Below are positions 17,827 to 25,237 of a stretch of 37,872 bases of DNA, one piece after another. A model generated the notes under the pieces. It was not told the DNA's origin. It worked only from the letters and a program-made list of their open reading frames with translations, and searched no databases. This DNA is from a bacterium (GTDB lineage Bacteria; Zixibacteria; MSB-5A5; GN15; FEB-12), in contig JBDRQG010000045.1 in NCBI GenBank assembly GCA_043826475.1, positions 1 through 37,872 of the forward strand. The letters are read 5' to 3'. The position numbers were made by a program, and so were the translations under genes. Every line of letters begins with the position of its first letter. The stretch's first letter is position 1.

Positions 17827-18051
17827 ATGGCAGAACCGATAAATTGTTAATGGTTCTTCCCTACTGCCATACAAGACCCGATAATTCATAAATTTATTAC
17901 TATAATTTTTAATGATTTTTACGATTTTGGAAACTTTCCATTTTTACTGTTGTTAATACCAGGAAAGATAAGCTGATAAAAATAATTTCTGAATAGTAAT
18001 GAAGACTTAAACTTATGAGAATGAAAATATAACTTTTATAATTGCTAATTT

Positions 18052-18067
18052 CCTGTTTTTAAACAGG
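18052..18067. promoter_or_regulatory. Perfect 7-2-7 palindrome just upstream of the ahpC ribosome-binding site (candidate operator)
   Basis: CCTGTTT-TT-AAACAGG. It ends 16 nt before the ATG at 18084. A 2-nt loop makes an RNA hairpin unlikely. Confidence 0.25.
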
Positions 18068-18083
18068 GGAAGGAAAACATAAA

Positions 18084-18644
18084 ATGGTAAAAATCAATGC
18101 TCCCGCTCCGGAATTTACTCTGGATGCATACCACAATGACGAAGTTGTCAAAATCAGCCTTTCCGATTACAAAGGTAAATGGGTTGTTCTCTTTTTCTAT
18201 CCGGCCGATTTCACTTTTGTTTGTCCGACCGAACTGGGTGAACTGGCTGATTATCATGACAAGTTCAAAAAACTAAACTGCGAAATTCTCTCTGCCTCGA
18301 CGGACACTTACTTTGTCCATAAAGCCTGGCATGATGAATCCCCTACTATCAAAAAAATCAAGTATCCAATGTTAGCTGACCCGACCGGTTCCCTTTCCCG
18401 CGACTATGGCGTCATGATCGAAGAAGCTGGTCTTGCCTTACGTGGGACTTTCCTTATCGATCCTGATGGTAAACTGAAGCTTTATGAAGTAAACGACACT
18501 GGCATAGGCCGTAGTTCCGAGGAACTGCTTCGCAAATTGCAGGCGGCTCAGTTCGTAAGAGAGCATGGCGAAGTCTGCCCAGCCAGTTGGAAACCGGGGG
18601 GTAATACTTTGAAACCAGGTCTTGATCTGGTAGGCAAGATATAA
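18084..18644 (+). CDS. ahpC: Typical 2-Cys peroxiredoxin (AhpC/Prx1)
   Basis: Peroxidatic motif FYPADFTFVCPTE and resolving motif GEVCPASW. Confidence 0.9.
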   Translation: MVKINAPAPEFTLDAYHNDEVVKISLSDYKGKWVVLFFYPADFTFVCPTELGELADYHDKFKKLNCEILSASTDTYFVHKAWHDESPTIKKIKYPMLADPTGSLSRDYGVMIEEAGLALRGTFLIDPDGKLKLYEVNDTGIGRSSEELLRKLQAAQFVREHGEVCPASWKPGGNTLKPGLDLVGKI

Positions 18645-18665
18645 GGCACCTTGTGCCTTTTATTT
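18643..18665 (+). terminator. Intrinsic terminator of ahpC (first of two)
   Basis: AAGGCAC-CTT-GTGCCTT followed by TTATTT. The stem overlaps the stop codon. Confidence 0.65.
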
Positions 18666-18676
18666 AAGAAATTTAA

Positions 18677-18710
18677 GCTCCACTATTTAGGATAGTGGGG
18701 CTTTTATTTT
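18677..18710 (+). terminator. Second intrinsic terminator after ahpC
   Basis: GCTCCACTAT-TTAGG-ATAGTGGGGC (10 bp, one G.T pair) followed by TTTTATTTT. Confidence 0.7.
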
Positions 18711-18736
18711 GCTCTACCCTATATTTATCAAGGTGC

Positions 18737-18760
18737 CTGGCAGACGCCCTCGTCTGCTGG
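18737..18760 (-). repeat. REP-like hairpin, AGGG-loop family (minus orientation)
   Basis: CTGGCAGACG-CCCT-CGTCTGCTGG, the reverse complement of the 17055 element with two changes. Confidence 0.75.
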
Positions 18761-18785
18761 AGATAATTGCTTTTATTTTTTAGAA

Positions 18786-18801
18786 CACACGAGGGCGTGT
18801 G
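18786..18801 (+). repeat. REP-like hairpin, AGGG-loop family (short variant)
   Basis: CACACG-AGGG-CGTGTG, sharing the ACG-AGGG-CGT core. Confidence 0.6.
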
Positions 18802-18821
18802 CCGCTCACATTACAATCATT

Positions 18822-19826
18822 TTATTTTGTTCTTCCGCCCGGTTTAATTTCTTTATCGGTGATATAATACGAGACCAATTCAAACGGTGTAATATCAAAA
18901 GCGGGTGAATAAACTTTTACATTTTCAGGAGCTGTTCTTTTTCCGAATCCTTCGGTAACTTCAATTGGATCCCTCTCCTCAATTGGAATATCATCACCAG
19001 TTTCAAGAACAGTGTCAAAAGTTGAATATGGGGCTGCAATATAAAAGGGAACACCATGTTTCTCGGCATTCACTGCCACAGAATAGGTGCCGATCTTATT
19101 GGCGAAATCACCATTTTTGGCAACCCTGTCAGCCCCGACAATTACGTGGTCAATCTTTCCCTGACGCATAAGCATAGCCGCCATGTTATCACAGATAAGA
19201 GTAACATCGATATTCTCCTGCATCAGTTCCCAAGTCGTAAGACGGGCTCCCTGAAGCAACGGACGGGTTTCATCGGCGTAGACACGCAAATTTTTACCCT
19301 GATCCCGACAGGCATATATAACACCCAGAGCTGTCCCTATCCCCCCGGTAGCTAATGCCCCGGCATTGCAATGTGTTAAAACCGAATCCCCATCTTTAAA
19401 AAGTTTTGCTCCATTCATGCCGATGTTATCACAGAGAATTCGATCCTCATCATGTATTTTCTCAGCCTCATCCCATAAAAGGGCTAAAGTCTGCTTTAAT
19501 CCATTTGGATTTTCTCTATTAAGTCGAGCAAGCACCCTATCCACTGCCCAGACAAGATTTACTGCCGTCGGACGAGCATTTTTAATATCATTTGAAATTT
19601 TATCAATAAACTCCGGACTGCAATCCTGAGCAAAGTTAACAGCGAGTGCTAATCCATAGGCAGCAGCAATACCGATGGCTGGAGCCCCGCGAACATCGAG
19701 CCTTTTGATCGCTCCGATAATTTCCGGGTAGTTATCAATATCCAGATATGTCAGTTCATTGGGTAGTTTTGTCTGTGCAATCATTTTTATTTTGTCATTG
19801 ATTCGTTCGATAGTTTTAAAATTCAT
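18822..19826 (-). CDS. mtnA: S-methyl-5-thioribose-1-phosphate isomerase (eIF-2B alpha/beta/delta-related)
   Basis: Motifs VRGAPAIGIAAAYG, ADETRPLLQGARLTTWEL, GADRVAKNGDFANKIGTY. Confidence 0.85.
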   Translation of the reverse strand: MNFKTIERINDKIKMIAQTKLPNELTYLDIDNYPEIIGAIKRLDVRGAPAIGIAAAYGLALAVNFAQDCSPEFIDKISNDIKNARPTAVNLVWAVDRVLARLNRENPNGLKQTLALLWDEAEKIHDEDRILCDNIGMNGAKLFKDGDSVLTHCNAGALATGGIGTALGVIYACRDQGKNLRVYADETRPLLQGARLTTWELMQENIDVTLICDNMAAMLMRQGKIDHVIVGADRVAKNGDFANKIGTYSVAVNAEKHGVPFYIAAPYSTFDTVLETGDDIPIEERDPIEVTEGFGKRTAPENVKVYSPAFDITPFELVSYYITDKEIKPGGRTK

Positions 19827-19831
19827 AGATG

Positions 19832-20248
19832 CTAATCTCCCATCACCTGTAATACCAGATTTCGGCGGCGTGATTTATTGTCAAAATTCAAAAAAACAAC
19901 CTGCTGCCATGTCCCAAGCGTTAATTTGCCCGAAACAAAAGGAACGGTAATATCCGGTTTTATAAGAGCCGCTCTTAAATGGGAAAAGCCGTTGCCGTCA
20001 TGCCAGGTTTCATCGTGATGATAACTCTTATCTGATGGAATAAGCTTCTCAAAAAACTCCGGAAGATCTTTTAGTAATCCCGGTTCATATTCGATGGTCG
20101 TAATTCCTCCGGTCGACCCGGGACAAAAGGCTGTAATGGTGCCGCTGTTAATTCCGGAGTTTCTCACTGCCTGGTGCATATTATCAGTTATATCTACAAT
20201 ATCACAATATCCTTTGACGCTGACTTCTATTTGCTCGGTATGGACCAT
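19832..20248 (-). CDS. yjbQ: YjbQ/UPF0047 family protein (secondary thiamine-phosphate synthase-like)
   Basis: Family pattern TEQIEVSVKG..DITD..., SYHHDETWHDGNGFSHLRAALI, LTLGTWQQVVFLNFD. Confidence 0.75.
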   Translation of the reverse strand: MVHTEQIEVSVKGYCDIVDITDNMHQAVRNSGINSGTITAFCPGSTGGITTIEYEPGLLKDLPEFFEKLIPSDKSYHHDETWHDGNGFSHLRAALIKPDITVPFVSGKLTLGTWQQVVFLNFDNKSRRRNLVLQVMGD

Positions 20249-20269
20249 ATTAATCTTTCATTAATTAAA

Positions 20270-21955
20270 TTACTTATATAAAAATCGTCTGATACTTTTT
20301 TTGGATGTTTTTTCCAGTTCCTCAAATTGCACATCAAAAGCACTGATCCGTTTGTAAGCGGCAACCTGCGAGTTGATGCTGTCAATTACTGTTTTAATTA
20401 CACTTCTAATTTTAATCATGTCAGGATTTGTTTTTGATATAGCATGTTCTGATACCATCACCTCCATATCAGGAACAATCAAAGCTCTTACCTCTTCCCC
20501 CTGCTTTCCCTCTTTTATACGGCCAAAAACTACGGTCTCCATAACCAGGATATCTTCGAGAAGTTTTTCTTCCAGTTCCTCGGGGTAGATATTTTTACCT
20601 GCTGCCGAGATGATCAGGCTTTTACTTCTCCCGGTTATCCAGAGATGTCCGTCTTTTAAGCAGCCAAGATCCCCGGTTTTCATCCATTCGCCAGAGAATA
20701 ATTCAGCCGTCGCTTTAGGATTGTTCCTGTAACCGGGAGTGATATTATCACCCTTGACAAATATTTCACCAATCCCTGTATCATCTGGGTTCTCAATTTT
20801 TACTTCTACCCCTTCAACAAGAGGGCCGACTGATCCGAATCTTAGATCTTCAATTCTGTTAACCGAAATTACCGGCGAAGCCTCGGTCATACCATAACCC
20901 TGCAAAAAACTGATTCCGATTATATTAAAGAATTTTACTATGGAAGGCGGGATAGCTGCTCCCCCGGATACAAACATTCTGATCGACCCCAGACCTCCTT
21001 TGTCACGCATACTTTTAAATAATAATCCCCCCACTTTGATGTTCATTTTCCAGAGATTCGAACTGATAAAATATAGTATATGAAATAATGCCCTCTTAAT
21101 AATTGAGGTCGATAAAATCCGTTTCCTGATAGTGTGGTAGAATTTTTCATAAAGAAGGGGGACTCCTGTCATAACGGTCGCCCGGTTATATTTCAGATCT
21201 TCACGGATTTCATTTGATTTATATGAACGGGCATAAACTATCTTTGCTCCACTCATAATGGGAGTAAGGAAGCCGCAGGTAGCCTCAAAGGTATGGTGAA
21301 GAGGAAGGATTGATAGAAAAGTATCGTTATGATCAAAATATATCGACTTGCTTATAGCTTCTAAATTTGCCAGCAGATTTTTATGGGTAAGCTCCACTGC
21401 CTTGGGGATTCCGGTAGTTCCGGAAGTATAAATCAGAACCGCTGTTTGATTGAGATTGAGATTGAGATTGAGATTCAGACTTAGCTCCTGATTTCCGACT
21501 ACCAGCATTTTCATCCAACTATCAGGGGAACTCTCCTCCAAAGATATTACAATCAGATCACAGGAAATCTCTTTAAGGAGCAATTCAAATTTCTGAGATG
21601 CAAAAATGATCGAAAGTTTAGAATTTTCAATGATAAATTTTATTTCTGTCCTGGTAAGGTTTGCATCAATCGGAATAACCGTTTTTCCTGCAGCAAGGAT
21701 CGCCAGATATGCAATCCCCCATTCCGGCCTGTTTTCAGAGATTAATCCAATTTCAGCTGCACCATCACCGTATTTTTGTCTAATTCCTGCTGATAGGTCC
21801 TGAACATAATTTGATACCTCAGCATAAGTATAATGCTTCCCTTTCCCTCCTTTATCGCCGAATAAAATTTTATCCCCGAAGAATTCTGCTGATTTGAAAA
21901 AGGCCGTATGGATAAATTGTTCTTTATAAATATCTTTTAATTCAATTGAACTCAT
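20270..21955 (-). CDS. AMP-dependent synthetase/ligase (long-chain-fatty-acid-CoA ligase-like)
   Basis: AMP-binding motif LIYTSGTTGIPKAVELTHKNL. Also QGYGMTE, the TGD motif WMKTGDLG, and GRSKSLII...GKNIYPEE. Confidence 0.85.
   Translation of the reverse strand: MSSIELKDIYKEQFIHTAFFKSAEFFGDKILFGDKGGKGKHYTYAEVSNYVQDLSAGIRQKYGDGAAEIGLISENRPEWGIAYLAILAAGKTVIPIDANLTRTEIKFIIENSKLSIIFASQKFELLLKEISCDLIVISLEESSPDSWMKMLVVGNQELSLNLNLNLNLNQTAVLIYTSGTTGIPKAVELTHKNLLANLEAISKSIYFDHNDTFLSILPLHHTFEATCGFLTPIMSGAKIVYARSYKSNEIREDLKYNRATVMTGVPLLYEKFYHTIRKRILSTSIIKRALFHILYFISSNLWKMNIKVGGLLFKSMRDKGGLGSIRMFVSGGAAIPPSIVKFFNIIGISFLQGYGMTEASPVISVNRIEDLRFGSVGPLVEGVEVKIENPDDTGIGEIFVKGDNITPGYRNNPKATAELFSGEWMKTGDLGCLKDGHLWITGRSKSLIISAAGKNIYPEELEEKLLEDILVMETVVFGRIKEGKQGEEVRALIVPDMEVMVSEHAISKTNPDMIKIRSVIKTVIDSINSQVAAYKRISAFDVQFEELEKTSKKSIRRFLYK
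21448..21486. repeat. In-frame hexanucleotide microsatellite inside the ligase CDS
   Basis: TGAGAT occurs 4 times (21451-21474) with degenerate flanking units. It encodes LSLNLNLNLNLNQ directly N-terminal to the AMP-binding P-loop. Confidence 0.9.
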
Positions 21956-22013
21956 AATTACAATTTAGAATATGGCCGGGCATTAATAAAGCGAAAAAAT
22001 TTGTAATATAAGC

Positions 22014-22044
22014 TAAAAAAAACCGCCGGAAAACCGGCGGTTTT
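22014..22044 (-). terminator. Intrinsic terminator ending the pilus-associated gene block
   Basis: ACCGCCGG-AAAA-CCGGCGGT. On the minus strand a run of 7 T follows. Confidence 0.85.
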
Positions 22045-22069
22045 TAATACTAATCAATGATTTTATATC

Positions 22070-23812
22070 TTACGGGCTGACTGTAATACTAGTTGAGAGG
22101 CTTACTCCACCTCTGGGATCAGTATCAACAACGGTAATTAAGAATTTACCTGTGTCACTAGGGCCCGGTATCCAGGTAAAGCCGTAAGCTTCTCCAAATT
22201 TATTGGTTTCTTTAGTTCCAGGACCGGGAGTTCCGGTAGCTGGATAATATGCAACTATTGTATGATCGCCAAGTGGATTACTCCAACGATCCTTAATAGT
22301 CACATCAATAAAAGCTCTCTCACCTGTTCTGATATCGGTCGTAGCTATAATATTACACTGTGATTTGTATGCATCACCAGTCAGCAAACTAACAGATTTT
22401 GAATATACTGATCCAATGCTTACTCTATCAACATAACCAATACCATCATCATCACCACCCGGCATTGATTCATCCAATTCTAACTTGGACGAACCAATTT
22501 TTATTTCAGCTACCGAAAATAGGTTGCCACAAAGATATTCAAATGATCCTGATCCAACCGTGAGCTTTGAGGCACTACTTCTAAATGCCGTTCCATTAGC
22601 TACGGGATTTACATTTAGATCCCAACCATATAATAGTATGGCTGCTTCTGAAGTCCCATCCGCCCACATTGCATCAGGGATTTCATAAGAGGAATTAAAT
22701 GTAATAGTATTCAGACCGCCGGTATTAAAGAACATGGTAGAATCTTTAACTGTTCCACCATAAGTTTCAGCATAAATCCAAACATCTCCGTCAGGAGTAG
22801 GATTTGCATTCGAGGCATAACCAGAAATCCAGATTGAATTGGCAACACCCTGAAGATCGCGGGTTCTTTCCAGATGTGAAACCATAGTACCTTCATCGGC
22901 AGTAAAGTAAACAACGGTTGAATCATTTACCGGATTATGGAATGTATCAGAGACGACAGCAATCACCCCAATATATTCACCAACGACACTCCAAAGAGGA
23001 GCATTGCATTCTTCTGCGGCTACAACAATATATTTAGGAGGACCGGCAGATACCATAATCTGGGTTGAGTTAGAAAGAACTGAGTCATTTGCCTGAGCAC
23101 GGATTCTGACTGTACCTGATTTTGTACCGGAATGTAAAACAATAGTTGCCATTCCAAATCCGTCAGTTTCCACTTCCACAGGACCATTACCTAAAGTATC
23201 TAAATGCTCACCACCACCAGGACCTGCAGTTATTAAGACACTGATTGGGGTTCCTTCAGGGACAGTGTTGCCATCTATATCCAAAACAACCGCTCTTTAC
23301 GTAGCTGACTCAATACCACCGGTGCTTTTTACAACCAGATTCATAGAATCAGCAGACATATATATTGAATTAATAATACCGCTGGTGCCAATACCTGGGC
23401 CACCGCCCGAAGTAATTCTAACTTCAGTGCTGGCGTTAGAGGTCGACAATCCGGCAGTTGTGTTTGCTGTAATTGTAACATCACCTTCAATTGAGGGATA
23501 GAATATAGTTGCCGCCAAACCGTTCTCATCGGTCATAACAGTATCATCACTGAAAGATCCTGCAACTGATGGAGAGACAGTAAATCTGACCTCTTTATTG
23601 GCAACAGGTGTTGTGCCGTCAAGCACTTCCGCTTCAACCACAACACTGGAATAAACATCAACTTGTGATGGGGTGGCGGAAACACTAACTGCTATATTTT
23701 CCTCCCCCGATGTAGTACTGGGGCTTTTCGAATCACAACCTGTCAGTAATACAACTGATGAAATTAACAGTATAGCAATACAGTTAAATATCAGTGAATT
23801 TCTGGTCTTCAT
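22070..23812 (-). pseudogene. Ig-like (Big/invasin-type) repeat lipoprotein interrupted by a single in-frame TAA (23297-23299). Alternatively two genes: 23297-23812 and 22070-23284.
   Basis: Start ATG at 23810-23812, 5 nt after AGGAG. Lipobox LISSVVLLTG|C. Repeated Big-like units (TV...D..G.PV...V.F...). The two ORFs share one frame, and the sequence reads ...VVKSTGGIESAT*RAVVLDIDGNTVPEGTPISV across the stop, in the middle of one unit. The downstream ORF has only a TTG start and no SD. Confidence 0.55.
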
Positions 23813-23878
23813 AAACACTCCTATCAACTCTAATTTCTCTTTTTTCATTCTAAAATTTTTATACTTATATTTTTTATG

Positions 23879-23908
23879 AAAAGACCCCAACAGTTAATGC
23901 TTGGGGTC
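23879..23908 (-). terminator. Hairpin between pilQ and the Ig-like lipoprotein gene (weak terminator or attenuator)
   Basis: GACCCCAA (23883-23890) pairs with TTGGGGTC (23901-23908) around a 10-nt loop. On the minus strand TTTC ATAAAAAA follows. Confidence 0.45.
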
Positions 23909-23934
23909 ATTTCATCAGAGTTCATCATCAGAAC

Positions 23935-25218
23935 TTATTTCCCCATAGCCAGATCTTGTTCGACTATTGAAGGAGTGACAAAAATCACCAGGTCACGAAC
24001 TTCGGAGCGCTTGTTGGTATATTTGAAAAGATGACCTAATAACGGTATATCTTTTAAAATAGGTACGCCAACTTCAGTTTCAACTTCGTCCTCAGTGGTA
24101 AGCCCACCGATAACCGAAGTCTGTCCATTAGCGACAATAACATGAGTCTCAGCATTATTTGTATTTATAATGACACCATTCGGATCAAACTGGTAAGTTG
24201 AACGTTCCGGTATAAGATGCATAAGGATCTGGTTTTCAGCAGTGATATGCGGTGTAACAGTTAATATGGTACCTACTTCTTCAAATTTAATAACCACATT
24301 GCCGGATTCATCAAATTGCTTAACCGGAATCTTCTGACCCATCTGAATCTTAGCTTCTTTATTATCGATGGTTGTGATTTCAGGATGGGCAATAATTTTG
24401 CCTTTACCGCTGTTTACAATAGCTTCTACGATAGCGGTTGCATCCCAGCCATGCTGGAGAGCTGTGATGGAATATCTACCTACTATATCAGCGCTCCGAT
24501 TAGCGTCAACACTACCAGTCTGTTGATAACTTCTTCCGGATTCAGTATTATAGGTTCCGGAGACAGTCCAGTCAATACCCAGTTCTTCAAGATCATTAGT
24601 GTAGATTTCCACAAGCTGAGCTGATATTTTTATCTGCTTGGCCGGCTTGTCTAATTCATCAATATAGGAAATAACTCTATCCATATTGCTGGGGACTTCC
24701 TGAATTATTATGGAGTTAGACCTCGAATCACTGGTAGCTTTACCTCTATCAGTCATCAAAGATTTAACCGCTTCCACAATATCATCAGATGTTGAATTTG
24801 AGATACTAACGATTTGGGTATTAAGCTCAACTAACTGCTGAGTCTCCTGCAAATGCTTATTCTGCTCTTTGACTTCAGTACGATAGTCATCAGATCTTAA
24901 AACTCTGATATAACCATCAGATTCATCAATGACAGTCAAATTATATGTCCGTCCGATAATATCCAGGGCAACGCGCCATTGAATATCACGAAGCTTAATA
25001 GTTACTGTTCCCTGTACATCGGGAGCAACAACGACATTGACATTGCCGTAATCAGCCAGGAAGGTAATGACCGAACGTACTTCCGCAGACTGGAACTGTA
25101 AGTTCTTGATAGGTTGTTCCGGATCATTAGCCTCGTCCGCTGTTGCCGGCAGACCGAATGATACCGCAAAAAGCAGTATAGCCATAAATTTAAAACTTTT
25201 AGGTAATTTCCAAGGCAT
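23935..25218 (-). CDS. pilQ: Type IV pilus secretin PilQ (short form, no AMIN domains)
   Basis: Signal peptide, then an N0/STN-like domain (IKNLQFQSAEVRSVITFLADYGNVNVVV), N1-type domains, and a secretin C-domain (VIGGLTTEDEVETEVGVPILKDIPLLGHLFKYTNKRSEVRDLVIFVTP). Confidence 0.85.
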   Translation of the reverse strand: MPWKLPKSFKFMAILLFAVSFGLPATADEANDPEQPIKNLQFQSAEVRSVITFLADYGNVNVVVAPDVQGTVTIKLRDIQWRVALDIIGRTYNLTVIDESDGYIRVLRSDDYRTEVKEQNKHLQETQQLVELNTQIVSISNSTSDDIVEAVKSLMTDRGKATSDSRSNSIIIQEVPSNMDRVISYIDELDKPAKQIKISAQLVEIYTNDLEELGIDWTVSGTYNTESGRSYQQTGSVDANRSADIVGRYSITALQHGWDATAIVEAIVNSGKGKIIAHPEITTIDNKEAKIQMGQKIPVKQFDESGNVVIKFEEVGTILTVTPHITAENQILMHLIPERSTYQFDPNGVIINTNNAETHVIVANGQTSVIGGLTTEDEVETEVGVPILKDIPLLGHLFKYTNKRSEVRDLVIFVTPSIVEQDLAMGK

Positions 25219-25237
25219 TATCTTATCCTACCTTTCC

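Noticed and set aside
21448-21486. Tandem repeats at 21448-21486, 25652-25677 and 25907-26059 as possible CRISPR arrays.
   Set aside because: The units of 6 or 51 nt are directly adjacent with no unique spacers. All lie in frame inside CDSs, and there are no cas genes.
23297-23299. Reading the in-frame TAA as evidence of an alternative genetic code or programmed recoding.
   Set aside because: TAA, TAG and TGA all terminate well-supported genes throughout the window at positions matching family lengths. I saw no recoding signal. A mutation or sequencing error is the simpler explanation.
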